Assembly (NCBI GenBank): GCA_049724395.1 | Contig: JAUGWO010000042.1 | Coordinates: 124,001-188,000, forward strand | DNA length: 64,000 nucleotides | Source of the DNA: Spongospora subterranea f. sp. subterranea | Taxonomy: Eukaryota | Reading direction: 5' to 3' | Part shown: positions 53,745-64,000 of the stretch, piece after piece | Position numbering within the stretch: position 1 is the stretch's first letter | Layout of the letters: each line of letters opens with the position of its first letter | Made by a program: the position numbers and the translations under genes | Notes under the pieces: generated by a model | What the model was told of the DNA's origin: nothing | The model's database searches: none | Seen by the model: only the letters and a program-made list of their open reading frames with translations

Positions 53745-55309
53745 TTATAGGATCGAGCTAATCATCTGCTCGACTTCTACTCTGGAAGAACCTAATCGGC
53801 AACATATCTCGTCTAGAGAACAGTTCCCGTCCAACATCGCGTCGAGTAACTCATATCGGTCGCTTAACGCAGCGCCTCGTGTCTCTCCGAAATCACTTTT
53901 GATACGCATGGGATAAATATATACGCGGCGAATAAGCCCGTTGGCCAACCCGAAGGTCAAGAAACGCCTAATATCAACGATCCTTTGCCTCAAAACCGCA
54001 TTCGATTCACACAGTTGCTGGACTCGGAGTCCTCGACGAAGCTGTGCATAAAGGCAAAACACGGTTCTTGGGCTTACCTATACAGTTGAATCAATACACC
54101 TTGCACAAATGTGTGTGAAATGTGTACTCGTTTACTTGTTGATTGCCGCATACAACATACTGGATACATGCGGATTGCATGTTTGGATCAGTTGCCAATC
54201 TGCTGATTCGTGGCGTCACACAATACATATTAGAACTGTGATCAAATTGTGTTGAACTTCAGATCAGCACAATTGATCCATCTTACAATTGAAAAATATC
54301 CTGAAAGATGATTAGGTTATAGAACAGAAGTTGTCGAAGACATTCAGTGACTATTTCGACGTCAACTTTGGAAAGAACGGCGATCCGCTTGACATAATTC
54401 ACACCTAGTTCAACTAATTATAACCGTCTGGGAAATGACTAGCGTAGTCCCCCAATACGTACCATCAATATAGGGCATTATCTGTTGCAGAGTGAGGTCC
54501 CATTGAACAATTTGCTTTTTTATATCCTGAACAAGAATCGGGACTTCATGAGTGCGAATCTGCGTTGGCAGACTTCTTTGAGGAAACAATTTTAAATTGA
54601 TTTCCTAAAATTGAACAGTTAGCATGCATATGTATGGCGAAATGGTGTAATCTTACAGTGTCCACATTATTGATAAATACCGAGCATTCCCCAGAATCTC
54701 GAAGTCCAAGAAATATTCGTGGAAGAAGATCCGCCAACGCCGACTTTTTTGTCGGATTTGAAAACAGCTCGCTTTCTAACTGATATGGAGTCGTAAGATT
54801 GAGCAAGTTTGAAAAAACAAATTTCTGAACACCTCCAAAGTCTCAAGAAGATGTGCTAGTTTCTTGACTACGCATCGGTATGGAAAACTGTCAGCTGATT
54901 TTTCCAGAACACAAAACGCCTGCAATAATGATATCAATTTCAGATGAATACGTGAAGATTGTGCAACCATACATTGAAGATGAGGCAATTCCTTTCATAT
55001 TTAGTGTGTTCTAAGCGGACGGCGCAACCAAGAAGCTGATGTCCAATAGCGGTTCTATCACAGATGTATTTCTAGATAATCCGTATTAACGACCACAAAC
55101 ACATACAGGGTAATGAGTTTTCCACATAATTCTTCATCGGTAATCAGGAAATCCGATACCTTTTCAAAAGATTCTACCGAAAGGGACCTGAACCATTGCG
55201 ATGGGCCTACATTGATAAAAAACAATCATAATACGAACTCAGGAGGATATTGATATGTCACAGTCGGCCCAACAACATTGTCAAATTCACAGATGCAGAT
55301 CGCCTCCAT
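53745..55309 (-). CDS. NPRL2: GATOR1 subunit NPRL2/Npr2, multi-exon
   Basis: ICEFDNVVGPTVTYQYP, ELCGKLIT, KYERNCLIFN, VVKKLA..LE, WDLTLQQIMPYIDG, DIRRFLTFGLANGLIRRV. Confidence 0.93.
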
Positions 55310-55765
55310 AAGTGGCGAATGGGGACAGCAATCGAGGGGTTGGCGGATGGCCGGTTGGGTCCGGAGGACCGCCTCCCACCAGGATGTGCTAATCATAAAT
55401 GTTTTTATTCTTGAATATAACAATTCAGTTCAGCAGCAAAATCAACACGAGACGCCAAGATTTCTTGTTGCATTTAATTCGAAGACGTATTGCATTGTCC
55501 TTCTGTATTTTAGTTTTCCAATAGGTATTTTACGACTGTGAAAATTGTTGCCTGTTGTATTGTGATTCTGCTCCCTCCCATCCCAGTAGCCCATCCCAGC
55601 TTGTTCTTCTCTGTTCACCACAATGATTTGTAGCGACCAACGAACCCAATGGTCAGGTTCTTTCTTTGTCAATCTTTGCGGACTTCTCATCATAATCACC
55701 TTTCAGTGCTGATTACCGATGTTTTGATAATCGGAAACTCATCGTATTCATTACACCTAGTAATT

Positions 55766-56851
55766 ATGTCGTTCGATCTGGGCCGATGCTCGGGTTTCGA
55801 TGATTTGCAGATCGATATTGAGGGTCAGGCCAGGGAGCTGGAAAGGTTCGCTCAAGAACGGGCAGATGCAGAGTTTGCAGCCTGGCTACAGTCACAAAAT
55901 CAGGAAGCCGCACAACCGGATACGCACGGAACCGACCATCAGTTTCTGGTCAATGATAAGACAGTGACACAGATATTGGCATCATCGTCCAAACCTGTCA
56001 AGAGGAAACCGGAGCCTAAGAAGAAAGAACAGAAAGGTGGTCGCAACAACCAAAAAGGCAAAGGCAAAGGTAAACTGGCCAACTCCCGTAAAAATGAGGA
56101 AATACCTATAAAGTATAACACGAGACGACATGTAAGGATTGCCAAAAAATTTTGAAAACTATCATCTAATAATCAATCTCAGCAGGCAAAAACATATGTC
56201 GAATCTAGTGCCGATCTCGACAATGAAAGACAAGGTCAACTTAAGATCATATGCATCCATCATATTTGATATTGTTGCTAAATGTGCTACCCAACAGATG
56301 TGATAGCTCCATGGCTTGGTTCATCCATCCCGTCGAATTGTCTCGTTGTTATTGATGGATGTAATGTCGCAATTCACGCTGGGCGAACTGAGACGTTCAG
56401 TGTTGCGGGCCTGCAGAACGCGATCGCCTACTTCACCAAGGCCGGTTGCCGAGTGGAAACATTCCTCCCACAGGTCTGCCTTATTGAAGGGTTTAAGCCG
56501 AAATCAAAGCATCCCGACGAACCATGGCGTCCACCAGATGATCTGGCTAATCTGAACAGGGTATGGAAACAATGACCACGTAAAGATTGCTAACTTTGTT
56601 TGCGACAGCTCTTCGTAGAAGGGCAAATTAGCGTGACACCTTCTGGCGACTATGATGATTCTTATATCCTTCAATTCGCAATGCAAAACGACGGGATCAT
56701 TATTTCTAACGATAAGTTCAGAGATATTGTCAAGAAGCAGGGTCGCGCTGAACTGAGTCAATGGATCAAACAGCATGTCTGCAGTTTCTCCTATGTCAGG
56801 TTGGATTTTTTTCCAAATCCAAATTTCAAATGGCCACAATCAATAACATAA
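55766..56851 (+). CDS. Zc3h12a/Regnase/N4BP1-type NYN (PIN) ribonuclease, multi-exon
   Basis: VVIDGCNVA, TPSGDYDDSYIL, IISNDKFRD, FFPNP. Confidence 0.88.
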
Positions 56852-56907
56852 AATGTACAAAGAAAAACTGTAAATCATAAATTTAAAAAGAGAAACTGTT
56901 AAGATAT

Positions 56908-59236
56908 TTAATTTGTCGTTTTTTTTCGCATTTTTTTTGTAGACTTAATCTTTGTCGGGATCATGAAATCTGATGGTTGAAACGATTGCCGCAAAATACC
57001 GGTGAGTATGAGTTCCTTGTCGTAAACTGGAATGGCCTGCCTTTGGAACTGTTCAATTTCGTCTTCGAGATCTGGAGACAGAATCACGAAAGTATCTTCT
57101 AAAGCGGAAGAAGGAGGTGGGCCTTCAATGAATATCCCACCTAGAGGCAGTTAATAAAAATCAATCAGTGCAAAGATGCAACAAACCAGAGCACTCAATA
57201 ATCGGTTTGAAGTCGCTGGGACTCGGCGTACAACCCTCTGCAACCCAGAAGCTCTTGTTTGAAAGAAGATTGCACCGGCTTGCCTGCGCTAACGTGTTTT
57301 CCAGTTTGAATCCATACTGTTTTTCTACTTTGGGGTCTTTAACTATATACGTTTGGCAGTCTATTCAAAAATTTCATCAAAAACCCATAAATTTGAACAT
57401 GGAATATAGTAACAGACCAAGGAAGTGACCGGCAGATAATGAATCTGTAAGCCATTGCTCTTGCACAACGCATTTAGCAGTAGGGATACAGCACATCAGC
57501 TAAATCAGAGTTAAATTACATATTGAAGCGGGCAACAAATACACCTTGACAGTTCTACGAATCTTATTATCGGACACCAAAACATCCGCTTTTCCGAACG
57601 TTTCGGTAACGGATCCTCCCAGCTGATCTACAATCTTGGTGAATATAAGATTAATTTGATAGCCATTATAGGGCGATGCCAAGCTACCTGATGAAAAGAA
57701 TCTGTTGCTATCCCGGTGAACATTACCGTCAGCTTTGACAAAGGCTGAGCCAGTACGTGTTTAGGTTCATGAGAGGGAGGAGCCGTCTTTGCCGGTAAGC
57801 GTGCTAGTTTTACAGGCCTGCTTCTTGGAGATAAGGTTTCCGGAACAGTTACTGACGCTTGATCTTGAGTTTTCATTGTCGATGGAGTTGTCATATTGTC
57901 TGAATCTGATTTCTCAGAAGCTCGAACACATGGAAGGTTGCCTAGAGAAACAACGGCCTCTTTTCTAGGACGAGGGATCCTGGTGGATCTTGATGTATTT
58001 TTGGAAACTGTCGTTTTACTCTCGGGGATGAGTATTTTTTCAAAGGTTGTTGCTTCTGTAGACTCCGGAATCTGGTCTGCGCTTTGATCAGTTGACTGTT
58101 GAAGGTCACCAGCGTTTTCTAGCCGATCTTGCCGCAGATTGACTAACGATTCGGGTTCAATCAAATCCGAACTTCGAAGATCCTCGACCTTCTCAACAGG
58201 TACGACTTTTAAGGACCTTGATAATCCAGGGCGGCGCCGCTTTCTTGAGGCGCATAATGACGTTGGCGAGATGATACGGTTCCGTGACGCGGGTGGGGCG
58301 AAAATCTCAGACTGAACAAGCATTGGGTCAGAATCTTTCATCGGTGTATCTTCTTTCAGTTTGGAAAGTTCTGTCGGTGTATCTTCTTTCAGTTTGGAAA
58401 GTTCTGTTAAAGGTTGCCCATTATTCATTGACACAATATCTGCCACAGCATGGTCAGCTTCATGTCCTTTTTGAAAGGCTCGAGATCCGGTACGAGCGCC
58501 GGAAATTTGCTGGGCAAGCACCGGGGTCAAGGGAGTCAAAGGAGAAATTGGAATCATCTCTGGCTCTGGAGCTGTCACTAACGACGGAGAAAGACATCGT
58601 TCATCGATTTGGGAAGAGCGGAGAGTGCTGTCCGCCACCGGGCTTGCAGGTACGATATCGTTTGAAGCACACGAGTCGTCGTCGTGGCGGTCTGATAACA
58701 CTGGAGGCATTTCACTATCTTTACCATCCTCAAATTGCGGCTGAAAAAGCCATTTAAATGAAAAAAAGTATACCATACAATCGGCTGACCTCTGGAAACG
58801 TCACTTTGAACTGATTGCCTATGAAGCCCCATATATAAGTAAAACAAGTTGATGAAAAAGCAATTACCGTCAAAGTCGATAATATTTCCAGGCAAGACTT
58901 GATAAAATTTGTCGTCCGAAGGAATATTTGAAAAGAGGCCATCCGCGTCTCGAGCGACGCGAACTTTGCCGACCTCGGACTCATTCAATAACCATAGTAT
59001 ATCACCACCATAAAATCCTGAATCGAGAACGAGTATATAAAACGCCATATATTCGTTGGATCACAATAACCTAATGAAGCTCGATGAGCGTTAGATCCTT
59101 GTTGCGGGATAACAACCGCAGAATCGGCACCACTGCCAACAGCGTGTCTCCCGTGCAGGAGGCGCATTCTGTTAGCCACCTTAGTATTTTCGCCAATTGG
59201 ATCCAGAACAGCGGCAGCATGATGTTGATGCTGCAT
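56908..59236 (-). CDS. MDC1-like protein: FHA-like N-terminus, disordered centre, tandem BRCT C-terminus
   Basis: VMFTG..LGGSV..LVSDNKIRRTVKLMCCI..WLTDS..YIVKDPKVEKQYGFKL..IIECSGG..KELILTGILRQ. Internal 33-bp duplication (TELSKLKEDTP x2). Confidence 0.8.
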
Positions 59237-59366
59237 TGATATAATACAGGATGGTCGGCCCCCCGTCCCCGTCACCGGTTCGCACTGCAGTGATCAAACC
59301 AGTTCTACGGGGCTGAGCATCCCCACCGCGCGCTATGGTGTATGTGGGTGCAGTATAGTGCTATTA

Positions 59367-60330
59367 TTAACCCCGGACATTTCGCTGGTACTGTAGGACA
59401 AAACGTCAGGACAAAAAGTTAAGCGCAATTTCTGATCTCAAAATTGGTTCAATAAAAAAAAAGTTATGACCGATCGCAAGATCACAAGGTTTTTGACCAA
59501 ATTTTTTTTGGATTGAGCCATTGAGTTTTTTCCCTTTCCTGGTGCTAGGTCGAATTTGACAATTCAAAAGACCTCATCGAGTATGTTTTGTCATACGAAA
59601 AGAGTGCGGGTAGGACAAATTCAAGTATCAAGATCAAGCTCACATGCAAACAAAAATCGTACGCAGGTGAATATAGTTTGTTTAGTACTTCGCTCAGTCT
59701 ACATTTTCACCCAATCTACGTCGTTCCGATCGTCTAACTGGGATAGTGACGAGCCTGTCTGTCCGTGACCGAACTGTTGAAACTGCAGGAATTTCATCTA
59801 GATCGGATGAAGGCTGACGCGCACGGTTTGATGGTGGAGGCCTGTTCGAGTGAATTCGCACTGAAATATCATGGCCATGATCTTGGCACGGGTCAAACAG
59901 CTGTTCACTTTCATGAAAACGCTGAAAACAGCTGTTTGCGTCAAAACGATTAACTTTGGAAAGTGCCAAATCACAAACTGAACACTTCCATTTTGTCTTC
60001 CGTCCATGACGAGAATGAATCACTTCATCACCATGCATCTGCGTCCTACGGCAACACCAGATACAGCTGAGCTGGGAACTTGAGGAGAGAGCCTCGTGCT
60101 GTAGTCTGACGTTTCGCCATTTGGCAATTAGCTCGGTCGCGTGAAATATGATCCCGTTTGTTGTACGCGATCTCAACTACCCCTTCAGGTGCTGTCTAGA
60201 TCAGACTGTCCTCGTCGCTGGACTCTGTCTCTAATCCAGCCACCTGAACTGTGAGGTCGTTTGCCAGCAACGAGCAGAACTGTCGAAACGATGGTTGTCG
60301 GGATCGTTGAGATTGGAACAACCGGAACGA
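59367..60330 (-). mobile_element. piggyBac-like transposon 3' end (Cys-rich C-terminal domain and terminus)
   Basis: TTAA|CCCC at 59367-59374; SFRQFCSLLANDL and CIWC..GRKTKWKCSVCDLAL..CFQRFH zinc domain. Confidence 0.7.
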
Positions 60331-60339
60331 AAAACATTC

Positions 60340-61660
60340 ATCGCTCAGCAAAAATGCTTCGGTACGACTATGAGTCATCTCCAGTTCATCAACAATCGCC
60401 AACGCATCAACCGTGCCCGAGTTTTTTTTCCGAAATACATTGCTGGCCTTGAAAAACTCAAATTCTTGCTGGGACAAGAGATTTGCCTGGGGCTACTTGC
60501 GCCAGAGCCATGGCCCCGTTTTGTTTGCCCTTAGGAAACACGTTTTTTGGATGCGTTCGCGCTGGATGTAGACTTTGGGGTCAGTAGCTTCTTTATGGTC
60601 GGTGCTAAAGACGTCATAATTACGTGTCGAGCCGGGGTTCGCTTCTCCAAAGCAGAAGAATCCGAACTGCTGTTAGACGAGGTATCGGCGGAAATAGAAT
60701 CCTCCTCCTGATCCGATAACGCTCCGGCGGCGGCAGAATGAGCGAATTCCCCGTTAGGGATAATATCTTCGAATAGTTGCTGCAGCAACGGGAACAATGG
60801 CATGGACGTTGTCATCCATTTCTTACACCTCCGATGTGCCTAAAAGCGAAGGTTATTGAATATGGGTTGCAGATACGACCTCAACAGCATACGGCAATGT
60901 AAACCTCCCAAACAATACTATGTGCTGTCGCCAGATACCGGCAATCGTCCCATCCAAACCCACTCAGGTTTTTGATTTCTGTATCAAATCCTTTTCAAAT
61001 GAAATAGTCATTTAGTAATCTTTTTTGTTTCAGGTCTTTATCGTGTCTACCAATTGGTGTTTACAAAGGAAAATCACACTCAGGTTTTTGATTCTATTTA
61101 CTGTATCATCCTTTTTCAAATGAAATAGTACTAAAACACGATTCTGGCCTTGCAGCACGTACGTTTATGAACGGGTTTTTACATGTTCCCCATCATGATT
61201 GATTTGGAACCTGTTATTTGAGATTTTGACGGCGGAATCCCACGCCTCCCGTTCGAAACCAGATAGCGTCGTTTTGCCAAGAACATTTGCTTGATGGATC
61301 ATTTCTGAAATCCAGCATTCGTCCATGTCGTTTGTCCAGCTGGCTCGAACACGATCAGCACCCATGATGAACCATGGAGTCTAGAATAATATCATTGGTA
61401 AATACATACGTATTGAGGTCGACCTCAATATTCAACCCATGATAATTCTGTAGGTTTGAGTCCTTGATATTTGACATCCAGACACTGGCCCTATTTTTGG
61501 CAAACTCATGGGGTTCGGATAAGTCATGGGTGACACGAAGTTTTATCATGATTATGCGTCATCCAGACACACCCATATCTTATCTGATGAATTTGTGCGT
61601 GGCTCCCAACGGGGGTCGTCGTTATTTTCAGGTCAAGCGTACTGGAACCAATTTCTTAAT
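60340..61660 (-). mobile_element. Second decayed PIF/Harbinger element (Myb/SANT ORF, possible transposase tail)
   Basis: RASWTNDMD..GKTTLSGFEREAW..VKTR; KNLSGFGWD; MPLFPLLQQLFEDIIPNGEFA, paralleling the 17.2-18.2 kb ORF. Confidence 0.7.
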
Positions 61661-61770
61661 AGCTTAACAAAATCCCACTAGAAGAGGGGGATCACGTCCG
61701 GGTTGAACGCCTAATAAGAATCGTCGCCGTCATTTATATGCTCGGTTGCTGTACGATGACTACTGGGAGA

Positions 61771-63024
61771 AAATCCTCTAATGAGGAGCCGACGTACAAC
61801 TCGCTTGCCAAGGGAGCTGTTCGATCTTCTTCTTTTCCACCTCAATACGAGCATCAAGCAGGGCTTGCGTTTACGAAACTCGATAGCTTCAACGGACTGC
61901 TGCTGATCTTGTGCAAACAGCTATATTATTGAAATGATCATTTGCAACGGAACTTCGCACCTCTGTGCTTGCAGTCAAGCGGTCCCACATCTTTTTGTCG
62001 GTCAATGGCACTAGATACCCTCTTCTTTCCAATATCGGGTCGGACGGTCATTTAAACGACCTAGCAGATGATTTTTATCCCATTTTCTGACCCAGAATCG
62101 AAAATCCTCTTTAAGATGAGAAGCAGTTCCGACGTACATTCCGTATGTCAAGAGAGCTGTTCAAAACAAGAGGGCCAATTGCGAAGCATGAAAACTCAAA
62201 CTTGCAGAAGCGGGCGAGTTTTGGTTCTGCGACATCTATGACCGACAAAAGCTGTGGGACCGCTTGACTGCAAGCATCGAGGTGTGAAGCTCTGTTGCAA
62301 AGGACCGGTTCATAATGCAGCTGTTTGCACAAGATTAACAGCACTCCTTTGAAGCTAATGAATTTCGTAAACTAAAGCAAGAGCGAGCCTTGCTTGATGC
62401 TCGCATTGAGGTGGAAAAGAAGAAGAGCGAACAGCTACCTTGGCATGCGGAATGTACGTCGGAACTGCTTCTTATCATGAAGAGGATTTCCGATTCTGGG
62501 TCAGAAAATGGGATAATTTTTTCCGAACACAGTGCCCTAAAACTGCTTGAAGATCTTACAGCTCTCAAAACCATCGAGAAAAGGTTGAAGAACAGCTCCA
62601 AGTACGACTATTTGCGATTTCATGCAATCAAGCAATATTTCAGTTTACGTCAGAATTCTATGACAATGATGCAAGCCTCGAAACAAGTTGCATCAGCTTT
62701 TTCCGAAAAACAATGAAAAGCAATGCAGATTCATATTCACGAAAATTATTAGACGATGGCGCGCGTTTTCTGATCTTTCGTGAATATGAAACAGCATTGT
62801 TTTTCGGAAAATTTTTGCAACTTGTTTCGAGGCTTGCACCATTGTTGCCGAAAATTCTGACGTACTCAAATATTGTTTGATTGCATGAAATCGCAGATAG
62901 TCGTACTTGGAGATGCCCTTAAACCTTTTCTCATGGTTTGGGAGCAATTTGGCTGAAAGATCTTCAAGCAGTTTTAGGGCACTGTGTTCGCAAAAAATTT
63001 CCCCATTTTCTGACCGGAATCGGA
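61771..63024. repeat. Nested imperfect inverted repeats derived from a transposase-like coding sequence
   Basis: 62489-62744 pairs with 62776-63024; 61771-62004 pairs with 62239-62489; 62074-62162 pairs with 62428-62518. KYDYLRFHAIKQY..QASKQVA is encoded on both strands. Confidence 0.92.
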
Positions 63025-63339
63025 CAATAGTGTCTTGTCGAAAGCATGGGCTAAAATACTCCAGAATCTTGTGAGTGTTTGATGACGAGTTGATTTTGGC
63101 TTGGTTGGCCTTTTTTTTTCTCCACAGCGTAGTTGTGCTATTCTTACAGTAACTGTTACGAAGATGTGATCCAGCTCCAAGGACCCATTTCACAAAACGA
63201 GGCCGTTGATGAATCAATTTCTTTGTCAGTCAAGACATCATCATTCGAAAAGTAAAAACATCGCCTTGATTGTCTTTAGATCAGCATCAGGCTCAGGTTC
63301 GGCCAAAGACTTTAAGCCAGACAACGAGGATCGTTTCAT

Positions 63340-63415
63340 GACTGTTCAGAACGGTGGATACGACATCCGTTTAGTATGTCAGCCGCCGAACAGTCCGGAT
63401 ATGAACGTGGACCGG
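63340..63415 (+). mobile_element. Mariner (plant/oomycete DD39D-like) transposase fragment
   Basis: GGYDIRLVCQPPNSPDMNV matches the QPPNSPDLNVLD motif. Confidence 0.7.
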
Positions 63416-64000
63416 CTTCCTGTGATGCTGCTCTATGATTTGAAATAACCTGAAGAATGCACAAGCAATTGTCATAAAAAATGACGACAACATGTTGCAG
63501 AACAATATAATCAATATATATGTTGAAGTTTTTTCTGGAAAAATAAGAATTCTACACAGCAGCGGTTTTTTAACGTGAAGGGGTGTGGTTTCATCTTTTG
63601 GAGCGAAAAAAAAGCCGGTACCGACCAGTTACTACGGAATACGGGAACGGAAAGGGGGTGCCATTTCCCGCGCAGGTTTTTTCAAAACGCAGAATATTTT
63701 TTTATACAGTGTACTTTTCCCGTGGACTATCAGCTTCATCTGGGTTGGGTCTGGAAGGTAAACTTCTTTGTGCTTGATTCTTAAATGCCGACGAATTGTG
63801 AAGGTATTCTTGGTGTTCCAAAACTAACAAATGTAATGGTTGGGTAGACGGTATCATGGCAATCGGATCATGGGGTAAGAACATACCTGGTTTACCTTCT
63901 TGGCGTTGCAGAACTTACAACTCCATTTGTTGCGTCCGTTTAGAACGATTTGCTCAATGTGAGCATTGACATCTGATAGGGTATTCCCTGACGAACTCGG

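Noticed and set aside
53720..53765. 1-bp frameshift truncating the NPRL2 C-terminus
   Set aside because: An alternative tail (NCVTVMR*) is plausible, but the present stop removes only a few poorly conserved residues; unsupported.
63780..64000. BED-finger-like WSCKFC peptide at the window edge (minus strand)
   Set aside because: Truncated by the window end; cannot distinguish a host gene from a transposon.

Overview
A gene-dense eukaryotic nuclear segment with many short (mostly ~45-80 bp) spliceosomal introns and very small intergenic gaps. The intron style, cilium-associated genes and oomycete/fungal-type transposons suggest a flagellated protist such as a plasmodiophorid (inference only). 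About 25 host genes can be spliced by eye: ch-TOG/XMAP215, ASD, NF-YB-like, focadhesin/RST1, RPL27A, NIPA, RluA, ARMT1, NATD1, CCDC51-like, ABHD, TOM7, CDK10/11, MORN, RNF32, class II HDAC, C12orf56-like, UBE3D, RNPS1, SRP40, DPAGT1, ELP6, NPRL2, a Regnase-type NYN protein and an MDC1-like protein. Between them lie decayed mobile elements (CRE-type LINE, two PIF/Harbinger, Ty3/Gypsy, piggyBac, Tc1/mariner). No CRISPR array, rRNA or tRNA was recognised, and I cannot demonstrate a new multi-gene system. Best leads: (i) non-canonical splice sites implied by protein homology (a GA-AG intron in RNF32 and recurrent GAG acceptors); (ii) a nested fold-back built from transposase-like coding sequence at 61.8-63.0 kb that could be a hairpin-RNA silencing locus; (iii) PPT/LTR relics abutting host start codons; (iv) a CCDC51/MITOK-like gene. 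Single-base frameshifts in otherwise intact genes warn that the assembly may contain errors. All family assignments are from motif recognition, not database searches.
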